A DNA stretch of 64,000 nucleotides from Lingula anatina. Its lineage: Eukaryota > Animalia > Brachiopoda. A model generated the notes under the pieces. It had not been told where the DNA came from and made no database searches. It saw only the letters and a program-made list of their open reading frames with translations. Each line of letters begins with the position of its first letter. The stretch's first letter is position 1. This document shows, piece by piece, positions 26,401-39,621 of the stretch. The stretch covers positions 10,722,587 to 10,786,586 of the forward strand of contig CM120648.1 of NCBI GenBank assembly GCA_051362555.1, read 5' to 3'. The position numbers and the translations under genes were made by a program.

Positions 26401-28456
26401 ATGTCCACCATGGTATCCACATATGATTCCACCTGGCTGTCAGCTTATCACACCTCCTGGGAAATGTTGTCAGGAACTCGACTGTAGCGGGTCTGGGGCA
26501 GCCAATGCTGTGTCAACCAAGATAATACCCACGGCGCCACCTACCTTGGCTCCCAAGAATCCATGTGACCCAAACCCGTGTCCCAGAGACGCCAACGGAA
26601 ACCCGGTACATTGCCATTTAAAACCTAAAGAGGGGACGTTCGAGTGTAGAATACCAAAGGGTACGTGAACACAGAAAACAATAGTTAACTTGTTTTTTAC
26701 TCTTATGGATAAATATTTGTTTTGTACAATTTTTCCTGTCAGTTTTATTAACCGTTTTTCACCGTTGGCAGCGTTTCAATTGTTGATACTTTTTAAATTT
26801 ACAGGTAGGTTAGGAAAATTTGCAATTTTGATTAAAACAAAATTAGTGAATAAAACCACAAACACACAGGCATATGGAATCAAATTAAGCATTTGTGTAA
26901 AAGTAAATACAGCGTGATCTGTTTTGAATCCAGCAAGAGGCATATAATATTTAATACAAATAAAAATAATCCTTAAGGTATCAAACACGATACTTTTAAT
27001 TGAGTTTTCTGAAATATATCCGTAGATAATTCCTGTATGTATACAAATTACATTAATAAACCCATTGAGTTGTGCTTCTTACAGACAAGTGTGTTGTGGA
27101 TGGGCAACTTTTGGCACGGAACGAGAGGAGAGTAATTGGGTGCAAGACTTGTATTTGTTTTGATCCACGTACCAAAGCACCCTTCTGTTATGATACGTAC
27201 TCGTAAGTTCTCTTTCTCTCACACTCTCTGTAAGTTTATAGTCATCGCCTGTTCAAATGTCCGACACAACTTGTTAATGGTACTTATAGAAAGGATCATC
27301 TTAACTCTTCTGTCCGAGTTTGCATTTAAAACCAAATCCATTCATTCCAGTTGTCCTCTGTGGACACCTGATAAGATACCTTCTGGCTGCCAACTTGTCA
27401 CACAACCAGGAAAATGTTGCCAAGAACTCTACTGTAGCCAACTAACCACAACCACTGAACCATCCACAACCACAACGAAACCCATCACCACACCCACACC
27501 AACCACAACCACAACAGAGCCCACCACCACACCTACACCAACCACAACGAAATTAACCACTACGCCCACACCAACCACAACCACAATAAAACCCACTACC
27601 ACACCCACACCAACCACAACCACGACAAAACCCACAACCACAACGAAACCTACCACAACACCCGAACCAACCACAACGACAATCAAACCCACCACCACAC
27701 CCACACCAACCACAACGACAATCAAACCCACCACCACACCCACACCAACCACAATCACAATCAAACCCACCACAACGACAATCAAACCCACAACCACACC
27801 TGCACCAACCACATCCAAAATGAAACCGACCACCACAACTATAACGGAATCCACAACCAAAAGGATTCCCACAACCACCCCAGCCCTTACGAACCCCTGT
27901 GAGCCAAACCCGTGCCCCAAAGATGCTAAAGGTCAGCCTGTTGCCTGTCGAGTGAAAGCTGCAGACGGGAAACATGAGTGTGTCAAACCAGATGGTAAGT
28001 TCATTCTGTGCAAATGTTTCTATTTTATTTGAAGTTTTCATTTTAAATTAGTTTATAATAAGTCTACGTTTGCCCAGACTTTTCCAATAACCATACTGTA
28101 TAGTGATTATGTATTTTGAAATGTGTTGAAGAACTTGATTTTTTACAGCTTGGTTTATACAATGGAATAGAATCAAAATAGATCAAAAAGCTATCGAAGC
28201 CTCATATCGTTCAACGTCTAATTAAGTTAAATGCATACAGGAACTAGTGTATACCTGTAGATGCTGAATGTTATGCCACACGGAAACAAACGACTGTAAG
28301 TGTTAACTTCCATTCAGTAAGACAGACCTCATCATTACAGATATGTGTATGGTGGATGACGAGCTGCTGGCCCGGGCAGAGAGAAGAATTATTGACTGCA
28401 AAAATTGTATCTGTCTTAACCCTAGTGCTAACTTTGCGTTCTGTGAGTCAACGTAA

Positions 28457-28498
<42 letters not shown>

Positions 28499-29364
28499 GA
28501 TTGGCTTATCATCAACTTTGAGCATCGACACAAGTCCATAGTTGTAATAACAAGAACACGCATTTTCTAGTTACTCTTTTAAACACAAATGCCGTGTTAA
28601 ATTTTAGATGTAAGCCATGGGCCCCAGACATGGTTCCACCTGGCTGCCATCTTATCACACCTCCAGGGAAATGTTGTCAGGAACTCGACTGTAGCGGATC
28701 TGGGGCAGCCATTGCTGTGTCAACCAGTACAATTCCTACGACGCCATCTATCGACGCGAGCACCATTGCTCCCCTGAACCCCTGTGAGCCAAACCCGTGT
28801 CCCAAAGACGCAAAAGGACAGCCTGTTGCCTGTCAAGTGAAACCTGCAGATGGGAAACATGAGTGCCTTAAACCGGACGGTTAGCTTGTCTGTATAATTT
28901 GGATTCTGTCGCACTGTTTTTGTTGGGATTTACATTATAATTCATTATTTCTTGCATACGTTTGCGCAATCTTATATCAGTGTTTGTTGTTCTGATGTTA
29001 AAATAACCTATGTTGACATGTATTGATGTTTTTTTTTAATTTATTTATTCATCATACCAATCGGTTAAAACAATTACTAGTAGATATGGGCAATGATGAT
29101 AAAAAATATTTAAATCACAAAGAATCAAAGTTAAGTTTATTTCGGCAACGTTCGACCAGGAAAGTTGTACACTCGTACAAATGCAAACGCCCAGTGCCGT
29201 TTCATCTAGATAACACTGAGACAGAGACTGTGACCTGATTATTCCAGATATGTGTATGGTGGATGACGAGCTGCTGGCCCGAGCAGAGAGAAGAGTTATT
29301 GGCTGCAAAAATTGTATCTGTCTTAACCCTAGCGCTAACTTTGCGTTCTGTGAGTCAACGTAAG

Positions 29365-29426
<62 letters not shown>

Positions 29427-29698
29427 GTGTGCTGATAAGCATTTGAATATGTCGGTAATACGTTCAAAATGAATCAAACTTTGTTACCAAGGACTAGGAA
29501 AATACAGTAGAGTCTATTGTAAAGGGTATATTGTGGTGGCATTTATGACCCTTATAGCCGTGCATTTAACCTTCAACGTATCTCACTAGATGTAAACCGT
29601 GGACCCCTGATCAGATTCCACCTGGCTGCCATCTAGTCACACCTCCTGGAAAATGTTGCCAAGAACTCGACTGTAGCGGGACAGCAGCGGCACCTTGA
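22086..29698 (+). CDS. Array gene D: intact secreted protein, about 1011 aa; signal peptide, N-terminal 2-Cys region with KHKR site, 6 VWC-like domains, 6 four-Cys mini-EGF modules, Thr/Pro mucin tract
   Basis: Exons 22086-22130, 22621-23098, 23297-23414, 23853-24124, 24579-24690, 25152-25423, 25993-26104, 26401-26660, 27085-27202, 27351-27994, 28341-28452, 28608-28879, 29248-29359, 29590-29698 (3036 nt, open frame, all GT-AG). VWC-type pattern C..CxxCxC..C..C..C..CC....C. AATAAA at 29897-29902. Confidence 0.88.
24902..25113 (+). mobile_element. 212-bp PIF/Harbinger-type MITE in a gene D intron
   Basis: TIR CCCCCTTTACACTGGACGGC/GCCGTCCAGTGTAAAGGGGG with flanks TAA/CAA. The empty site GTTAGTAAATGC is present in the duplicated intron near 26358. 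A near-identical copy lies at 48121-48332. Confidence 0.85.
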
Positions 29699-31285
29699 CG
29701 AGATTGAGAAGCACTGACACCATTTGCATCTGACGAAAAAGCAACGGCTAATGTAAGACTGAACATTACATTTGAAAAGAACTTGAAATATTCAGCTATA
29801 ATAGAGGAGACACTGCCATGTTATTCAAACGGATAAATGTTTTCTCACTGTTGCTGAAATCGTGGGATTAATTAGGATATGGAACGTGTGAAAAGCAATA
29901 AAAACTCAATGAATGAAAAAATGGCATTGAGTGTTTATTTGAGTTGTAGATTCATATAAAGTAATCGTCTCCATTGAAAACGATTGCCGAATTACTCTGG
30001 AGGATTTCAACCACTTTATTTGATGTGGTTCAATGACCGAGACCACACCTACACATGTGTACAGTTTATATAGTTATGTCTTCTTTCTGTTGGTGCTCTC
30101 TCTATTGTCTCTCTTGCTTGATCCAATATTATTGCAAAGAACGTATCTAACATTCCTTTGTTCATTGCCATGTGCACATGGTGCCAATTTGATGTCAAAT
30201 TAATAGAATTACGTCGTTTAAACTCGACTTATATAGTTTTAATTTTATATAGTTATAATTTTCAATCTGCCGTAAATTGAGAAGAACAATTGAAAGACGT
30301 ACGCCATGGAGGTTCGGTAAATTAACGTTTTATTATACAATAATGATGAGATGTTTTTAACATTGAATGGAAAATGCATCATGAACAAAAACAAATTGTT
30401 CGATATTTAAGGACAAAAATGTATTAAAATCAAGGCAAGGATAAATAGGAAAATGTATTGTCATCCGCCAATTATGTCCCATCTCCAACCCCAGTGCTCT
30501 ACTTTAATAGGCGTTGGCGGTTGGGTTGTTATTTGTGAAAACGGCATAATGAAAGGAGTTTAAGTTAAAGCGGACCTTAATTCAACCTTAATCTATATTT
30601 AGTCGTACAATTAGGACAATGCCTATGAAACTGGCTTGAAAAGTATCGGGATATATATTTCAGTGATATCTCTTTTAAACCAATAGTCCAAAGTCACTTT
30701 ACATTTTTCTGTATTTTGAATTAATTTAGCATTAATTCATTTCATTCGACATTATTTATAATAATAATTGATATAAACTTCATTTTTACCGAGTTGTAAA
30801 GCGACATGTCTCTACTTCAATTGCGTGCAATTTTGTATCCAATAAATGTTCTTAGACGTTTACAAAATCATTAACTCTCATCACGCAATACGTTTTATAG
30901 TTTCAAATAATAAACCCATTATATATACTTTAATAAAACGAAGGTGTTCCATCCCCACTTGCAGTGAAACCACCGGTTCTCAATATTAACAAATAAAATT
31001 GCATCACGTTCTCCATCATTTGTAGATAAATTCAAATGTGTGATATTTTAAAGAGGCACAAAGCGCTACATGTAACTTTTCCGTTATATTAAGAGCTTGA
31101 AAATCGGGAAAAGAATGTTTATACGCTATGAAAGCATTCTCAAACCCAACATGAGTGACTGGCATGTGTGTGTACATCGACAGGTTATACATTGCTGAAG
31201 CTTTTAGCCGTTAAACCGATATACAGATGAAAATAGTATGGTTTTGGTACTCGAGTTGTTTCAATAAGAATAGTCTCAAAAATGT

Positions 31286-33930
31286 TCACTCCTTCTTCAG
31301 CCCTCTTATCGTTTCATTGTCGATGAATCTGACGTGAAATCCCATAGGAGGCGCTACATCAAATTCAGCTCTCCCCAACTCCGTGAATGATTTGGCATCC
31401 AAGACAAGCAAGAAGGTTTTCATGGTCACATCATTCAGCACAGACGATAACACGATTCCTAGATGTAAAAAGAAACCAAATGAGTACATGTACCCCTCTG
31501 AACTAAAAAAACTAAAATCGTTTATTGGTTAGAAAAGTTGTGTCTAACTGCCATTGTTAACCACTGAATGGCATTTACAATAGAACAATTCTTATAAGAC
31601 GCTATTGCTAGGTCGCAGCATTTGAAACGCCACAGCCAATGTATGCTAATTTGTCCTAGCATGACAGCGATGCATAAATGGCTTGGGCGATACAAATGGT
31701 TGTAAAAGTTAAAGCTGTAAATTAAAATAATAAGGAGCACAACAGTGCGTTACAGACATCGATACGTACGCTCTCTGTAATGGTAGCAGCATTACATGAG
31801 ATCTACCTTCCGATGCAACAGCACGCTAGGTGTGAATATTTCATGTTGCAGTGTACATGTACAGTATGTGATACAATGTAAGATGTGACATTGCTAGGTG
31901 TGGCATTGTGTTAATTGGTCCTCACCATCATCCTCTTCCTTGCTGTCTGGAGAGGGCACAAACCAGGGTTCTGATGGGTAGCAATCGGTCTCATCCCACC
32001 TCACGGTTGTTTTATTTTGAACATCAGTCTTCACCAACTAGTATGAAATAAAATGCACAGAGCATTACTCGAAGGAAAACATGACTTGTCGTTCAGTATC
32101 TGATTCGACCTATGATTTGATTACCAATAATCCGCGAAATTAATGCGAATTTAATCGCGCCAACTGGTATTAAACACCAACTTTTATTATGTCCTCAGTC
32201 AACTCAAATGGGGAAACGAGCCCCGTGTGTTGCTAAACCATTTATCTTGTATAAATAAGTGTATGCAATATCTATATGTGTGTGTACTTGGAACAATGAA
32301 TGACCATATTTGATAGTGTAATGAAAGAGCGCATTCAGAATAATGGACTAACAGATCTTCGGATCAAATATGGCCGACCCACTTGAATGCTTCTTGCGTA
32401 ATAATCCCCGCGGGGAATCTATCCAGTGTCTTAGCGAGAATATAACGGCGATCGTTTTAGTGGATCGCCATTTTTGATCCGCGGATCTGTTACTCCGCTG
32501 TTTTTAATGCGCTCTAAGTCTTACCCCAGTGGAGTAGTCCCCCACAACGTTTGTCGATATGCCGTACATGTAACGGTACTTCCGGCCGTTAACTAGTTCA
32601 TAATTCACCATAGGGAACTCCGTCACTGCAGCAGAATTATAGTGTATTCATTGCTTTATTTATAAATGCAATTTTAAATTCATAACACATATTTGCTTTT
32701 TCAGTTGTTTTTTTTTTTATCACAGAAAAAACAATACAATATTTACAATACTGCAATAAATAATCATTTTGATAATAACTAATATTTTTTCCAACTGAAA
32801 GATTCCAAAAGATACTTCCATTCAGCAATTTTAATATAACAGTCAATTACATGAAGATCATGAGTCTATTACATGTGTACAATTTAAAAATATATATATT
32901 TAAATATATTGGAATAAGCCGGAAAACTTACAGATATCACTCAAACGTTCGTCCTTGCAGAATATTTCGTTTTTTCCTGACATGGTTGCCGTTGCTCTTG
33001 TGTCTCTAAGAGTCACTAAATTACTTGCCTAAAATATAAAAATTAATATAGCAACACTACTGGGATATTATATTGGGGGAACCAAAGCTTCCCAGTAAAG
33101 ACTGAAACAATGTCTATCGTGCTAATCTCACATGTGAATAGTAAGATAATCTTTTTGAACGAATTACAAAGCAATAAATGAAAATGCATTGCTTTCGGAA
33201 GTTCAGAGCAATTTGGAAAAATGGTGCACTTTTGAAATCATTTTAAATCAGGCACATTTGGGCATATAGATTTAGAAATCAAATGCCCGTAAGGTCCCGT
33301 CAACCTGCCTCCTCTTCCAAATACGTTTAACCTGGGTTGAAAGAGGTCGAAATAAATACCTTTTCATCAATATTGAGTGGAAGCACGAACCGCCTTGGGA
33401 ATGTATTACCATTCTTCTTCATCAACTTCTTAAAATCCTCTGACTGCAGTTTGTCCAGAAATATCATGTCAAATGTGGAACCGTCTTCAGCAGAGCAGAC
33501 GTCAACAACCACGTGACCTGTAAAGTAAATGGCTATTGGTTGAACAAAATGATAACTGTAAAAGCTCCCAGAGCGCGCAAACCTCCGTGCTTGCAGCTCA
33601 ATTCATATTGCCAATTCATTTATTAATGGATCACGATCAAAGCCTAGTCTATGCAACGTCTAATAACCCTTTTCTGAATTATCATGAACATTTTTAAAAA
33701 AAATTCAAAAAAATTTGTGATTTAGTCTGTTATTTTACAAACCACCAAAGGGCAAAACATGACCTCCTTGGCAGAAATAATAATAACAGAATAATTTACC
33801 ATCTTCTTCATAAGCATTGATGTGATGGAAGAGAAGTAGTGGGTCCCCAACATAGTTGAAACCAGGGTTAATTGTCTCTCCTGTCTTCTTGTTGATGATG
33901 TGGAACACAGTCTGAAAATGTGAAAAAATA

Positions 33931-33982
<52 letters not shown>

Positions 33983-34674
33983 TTCTCCTAGAATCTTTAA
34001 CAAAACGTTTTGAACAACCCTTGTACTGTAATTATTTAGCGACTTTTTAAATTGCAAAGCATCACCTTGCAATTTTTATCCCAATACATCCCGTTGGCAA
34101 AGGGCGTTCCTCTTATCTTGGCCGTCAGGATTGAGAGCACGTTAATGATCAGAGGCTGTTGTATCACTACTATGTAGTTCTCTGTCAGAGCAAAGCTGTG
34201 GGAGTAGCTGTACTTCACATAGTACGGGCTGGGCAGCGAGGCTACCAACTCTGCGTTCTGGATTTGATCCGGAGCCTCTGAAATATTTACAGTTGATCTA
34301 GTTTTTTTAGAAGGACAGCTTTCTCTACTGATGAGATATCATGAATCGATACTCTTAATACCTGGAGTCCAGTGCAGAGCTAATTTAATTTGCCAATAAA
34401 CGTTTTTCATTTTTTGTTCATTTTTAACGTTTAAACCTTTCTATTTCTTGAGCTACACTTACTTGAGCTTAAACAATGTTTTCGACACTACCGTGGCCCT
34501 CCTCACTATGTGGGTAGCTCTGAGACTGAGCATTGAGGAACACACAATGAGGTGTAGAAATTCAGAAATTTAAATGCTTAAAATAAGACTTCACAGATGT
34601 ATTCCCATTAAAAAAACAAATTATCTGTGTGTGTGTGTGTGTGCGCGCGCGAGCGCGCGAACGCGCGCGTACAC

Positions 34675-34706
<32 letters not shown>

Positions 34707-35111
34707 AAACTCCTACCTTTCGATGGGGGGTTCCATCTGATAACGGCAAGCCTCGGTCTTCCCTTGAAGCAGTTTCCTATGTTGTAGACACACCCGTCTC
34801 TGTCATGATGAGGGTGTGCAGTAGCAGAATTAGTGGCAACAAACTGGGTGATATCTACCTGTTTAATAATACAATGAATTGTTCGCAATACTTTCTTAGT
34901 TCTACAATTCTTTCAATAAATATAAGATGTGGAAGAGTTTTGTCTTTGAAAGAAATATTTAAAATATATTAATTGATATTTTGAGTGCGCCTTGTTTTTA
35001 CATTTTTTTCAAAGAGCATCGTTTTCATCTTTAAAACGCAGAGTTTGGCAGAGTTTTGTCTTTGAAAGACCGATTTAAAATATTCTTTTTCATATATAGC
35101 GTATGCTCTGT

Positions 35112-35143
<32 letters not shown>

Positions 35144-38100
35144 GAAAAGTGTCGCTGGCATTTTTTGCACGCAAAAGTTGACTTTTAATTTCTTTTTTCA
35201 ATACATCACTTACCCTGCCTGGCGTCTCCAAAGTTTCAGGGTCAATCTTTCGCAGCCATTTTGTCTCAGTAGATGCATACAACTGGTCCCCCATTGGGAA
35301 AATATTTACGGAGCAGTTATCCGTCATCATTTCATCTTCATCCAGATAAAAGTAGGAGAAAAACCTACAAAATGCAATACAGCTGTATAGTTAGAGATTA
35401 CAGAGTTGGAGATTATTTAGTCGAGTGAAGAGGAGGCTCCGCCTCGAGTTACTTTAACGAATTAGTTTCGGATACGGAAATAAAGGGAAGTGTCGATTCT
35501 TGTTAAGTATGTTTAAGTAGTCTTATCTTCAATAGTACTTATTTTTAGGGTCCTACGCGCTTTTAACACAGATTCTATGTCACATTTTCTTAAAAATCTA
35601 CCATAACGTAATACAAACTTAGTACATCAGATTTAAATTGACCGTTCTACTGGTACCTTTGAAACAGAGTTTTACAAGGATCCGGATGTGCAAGAGTCCC
35701 AAACTCTGACACAACAATTCTATTGGCTTTCATGTTTTTCAGAAAAGTTTCACTTTTCAGAAATTTATTTTGATATGATATTCGTCCATCCTTTATGCTG
35801 AATTTCTGGAGAAGTGCCAACCCGTCGAAGAGATGATTGTATTTTGTGTCACCAACTTCGTATTTCCCAGGTCCGTTTCTATAGAAACTGCCACTAAGCC
35901 AGGAGGGAATTGTACCTGGAAATAGAAAAAAAAACTAGAAAAATAATCCCAAAAGATTGGAACTCAGCCAAGGAAAATGTTTTTTTTTTCTTTAAATTTA
36001 AGAAGATCCTATTTAGTTGAAATTCGAATCAATTTTTTTTCTTTGAAGAAAAAATTATTCAAATTAACAATAAAAAGGCATTTTAATTACCTGTCCTTAA
36101 AAGTTATTCATATCTGAGGGATACATTTTTACGAAGTGGATTTTAAAGGACTTTTTGTTAGCATTTCATTAGTAGTCCCTCCTTTTTTATTTTATTTAAT
36201 TTGATTTTAATTTATTTATTATTATTCATTTAATTTAATTTTATTTTTTTTATGTTTTATTTTGATAGGGAGTATATATTTCATACTACTACCAGGAACT
36301 ACTTTCTAGAACTAATGGATCACTACACAGTCACACCAAGCACGACACAATTGCTTGTTGTCACATCTAACGCATCTACTGTTTCTTTTTAACCGCATCA
36401 GCCGGCGCTGTCATGACGTTCCTGCATGTCGAGCACAACCTGCCGGTTGCAAGTGTGTAGTGGTATTAATGTCAGCATTCCATATGCATAACTTTATGTG
36501 TATTTGAAACGCCCATGCCACGTCATTTCTAATTACAGTTGCAGTTTTACGTGCATATATATCTCAAAAAAAAAAAAAAAAAAAAAAAACCGCACACCAC
36601 CTCTCAACCACGTTAATAACTGTTATAGTGTGTACTTACTAAGATGTGATAAAAATCAATTGTGTGGAAAGAATACAATTAAACAACAGGTCAAACAACT
36701 GACAACAAAAATCTAAAACCGACGCCTACGTTTGCATCTTTGGCGTTTTTACTTTCATGATCCCAGTAAAAGTAGGCTAATTGTTAATGCGCCGTGTTTA
36801 CTTCTATTACCAGTGAATGCCTCGATGGCAATGAACAATGAAGTCTATTCAGACTTACACTGGTACCGGCATAAAATTACATGACCTTATTATCGGCTCC
36901 CTTTCTGTTTTTCTCCCCCGTCTTTACACCAAAAATAGGCCATTGAAATTAACCTCTAAAGCCCCTGGCCACAGGCTCACTATTTGAAAAGCTTAACACT
37001 CAAAAGCGGTCCAAACAGTCCCCCGGTTTTATTTCTTTTAAAAACTCTGCACACGGAAAAGAACGAAAGGACTCCTCATATCTTTAAATTATTTTAACAC
37101 ACTGCATTTAAGCACTAGGAAGCAACAAATTACAATCAATCAAGATCAATCCTCAGCTCCAAAGAAGAACCTTTACCCTTGAATCTGAGTGGATGACATA
37201 TAACAGAGTACTGGTAGTCTTTAACAAAATTACTGCATAGGAATCGTTATTTTTGCATTTTACATGACTTGATTTAGGTACGATTTGGGTAAAATGTTGA
37301 TATATTTAAGAGTCAGATCAGTCCATCTTAAAAACTGGCTAACCCTTTGACCAGGTTTATACAAAGACCTAGCTACTTGCATTTTTGCATATCAGAGGGC
37401 ACTGTGTATACCTGAGGGTAGATGAAATGTACTGGTAATATACAGGCCACATACAATGCAATCATCCTTACATATTCCGATCTCATCCCATCACATAAGC
37501 GGCATTTTCATTCTGTATATATTAAATGGGACACAGTTCTGGCATGTGCATGTCATATTGGCGTGTATATGTGTACAGTTTAGAATAACACAAAAGCGCA
37601 CAATCAAAATGCCAACATAATATCACTGTACTCGTGTTATCTGGCTCAGACGACGGCAGAATTACATAACGTTGTTTACCAATCCAAGGTCCGATAACTT
37701 GCCACTGTACGTGTCTCATATGTGAACGTTTGCAGGTTTGCATAATGGGGAAATGGCCATGTAGATGTATCCTTCATAGCGGGGCATTTTTTAAAACACC
37801 TCTCGCGCGACTTCTTTACGTAAGACACGGGCCAAGGCTTGGTGCTTGAGTGCTTGTGTGAGTGTACTGTGTATGTTTTAAAGAGTGCGCGGTCAGTATA
37901 AAACAAACTTCATTTTATGTATCCAGTTCACATTTTGACTTTTTAATCAGCTTGGTTGAGTCACAACACTACCGTGGTAAGGTCGTCGACGGAACCCTAG
38001 ATCTTCGGTATTCTCGATGATCTTACTGACTTGAGTCATTTGGTAAAAAATGCCATCAATCTCTTTTATTTTCTCTCTATATCTTCAACACAGACCATAA

Positions 38101-38386
38101 TTCCTTCTTTTCTCCCTCCCTCTTTCCCTCTGTCTGTCTGTCTGTCGACTGTCTGTCTGTCTGTCTCCTTCTGTCTCTCTCTCTCTCTCTCTCTCTCATC
38201 TTAACTACATCTCAACTGCCTTATGATGTGAATTCCACACATAAATTTCCTGTGAATATCTAGTATGAGAATATCTAGTGAAAAAATATACGGCCCTGGG
38301 AGAGGATCCTACTGGTACATACCCGTAACTCGGCCCTCCACTGGTTCCAGCGTTTCTTTTTCCAGAGACTTGAATAAAGCCTGCAT
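31286..38386 (-). CDS. Carotenoid oxygenase (beta-carotene oxygenase BCO1/BCO2/RPE65 family), about 526 aa, 11 exons
   Basis: Exons 38386-38323 ([22 protein letters not shown]), 35915-35657 ([33 protein letters not shown]), 35364-35214 (TDNCSVN..YASTET), 34858-34717 (ATAHPH), 34277-34066 (YSHSF), 33911-33800 ([11 protein letters not shown]), 33517-33360, 33028-32932, 32625-32525 (EFPMVNY), 32037-31926 ([14 protein letters not shown]), 31458-31286 ([18 protein letters not shown]). Total 1581 nt with consistent phases. All four Fe-binding His and the PDPCK motif are present. Confidence 0.95.
32326..32515. mobile_element. MITE-like inverted-repeat element in a carotenoid oxygenase intron
   Basis: Imperfect arms of about 55 bp: AGAGCGCATT..TAACAGATC..CGGATCAAA..TGGC and GCCA..TTTGATCCG..GATCTGTTA..AATGCGCTCT. 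Confidence 0.6.
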
Positions 38387-38475
38387 CGTGTACTCCCAAC
38401 AGTTTAACACGCCGAGTAGATCTTGCTATGCTAAGACTGCTAAGACCACTGGTCATTTATGGTTCAAGGTACACT

Positions 38476-38517
38476 ACTGACCGACAGCTGCGGCAATAGC
38501 TAGCATTTATATATATA
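38476..38517 (-). promoter_or_regulatory. TATA box plus Inr core promoter of the carotenoid oxygenase
   Basis: Minus-strand TATATATAAA (38506-38517) lies about 30 nt upstream of TCAGT (38480-38476), which is about 90 nt upstream of the ATG. Confidence 0.6.
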
Positions 38518-39001
38518 GGTCAGCGGAAGGCGTAATTGTCAATACTCAAGCGTAGGCAGTATGAAAATGAAAACTAGGTTACGGAGGTCACAGCTTGGTG
38601 CAGTTATTGGAGTGTGGCGGTCTCCTAGCCATTCAGCGACCTCTCCGTGTAAATCATGAATTCGTTATAATGATTCTTATTAACGTAATTGCTAATCAAA
38701 TGCTAATTGCTTATTAATTGATACATTTGTATTTAAATGTTTAAGTATTTTGATTTCTTTTAGAGCTTCGGGGAGCACATTTCGGATGTTAAAAAAGACA
38801 CTTTATAAAACTATTGAGAGGAGTATGGAGCAGGATTCCGTTAACGTTAATAGAATCATACGCTTTTACATTATTGTTATTACTAGCGTTATTTTAAGAT
38901 AATTCATATCAATTTGTCCTGATTGTATTGTTGTTTTTATTTAACCCATCATTTTTTCTTTTGCTATGAACAAAAATTGATTGATATAAGTATTTGTTTT
39001 T

Positions 39002-39035
<34 letters not shown>

Positions 39036-39621
39036 ATGTATGTAATTAATAATTAGAACCCTAACTGTTATGCATGTAACTAAATGGAGGGTGGACTTTC
39101 TGTTACATGGACCCTCAGTTCCATTACACCGGTACAGACGGATCGCTAAGAAATAATGATCAATGCGATACGAGCGGGGCACCCGCTAAAATTTTGCAAT
39201 TCCCGCCGTATAAGATGTCAACTGTACCTGTTTAGGTCCTCTTGGCAATGTGGTGGGCGATACATTCGATGCAGAATTGGCTGCTAATGACTTTTGAGGA
39301 ATCCCCTTTGATATTAACATCATTACTAATGCCTTTCGGCATTTTGCTTTCCCAATAAAAAAAAAGAACTACCACAGCAAGAACGAAAAATGTCATGCAT
39401 TTTAGGAGACATTAAGTAAATTTAGCTGTTGCTTTATATTGAAATGGTCACTGTCACGCAGACGAAATTTAATGGGAATTTATGATGCCAGTTATACACG
39501 CCCCTCCCTTCTCATGAAGTTTGATTAAACATGACTTGTTTTAAGTATGTTTTTGGTAATATATATATTGATAAAGGAGTCAGATCAGCCCACCTTAAAT
39601 ACTGGATAACCTCATGACCGG

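Noticed and set aside
334-29698. Regularly spaced repeats as a CRISPR array or somatic-rearrangement cassette locus
   Set aside because: The repeats are spliceosomal exons in eukaryotic DNA. No cas genes, spacers or recombination signal sequences were seen.
38455-38595. AGGTCA/GGTTCA half-sites near the carotenoid oxygenase promoter as retinoid/PPAR response elements
   Set aside because: Only isolated half-sites with no convincing direct-repeat spacing.
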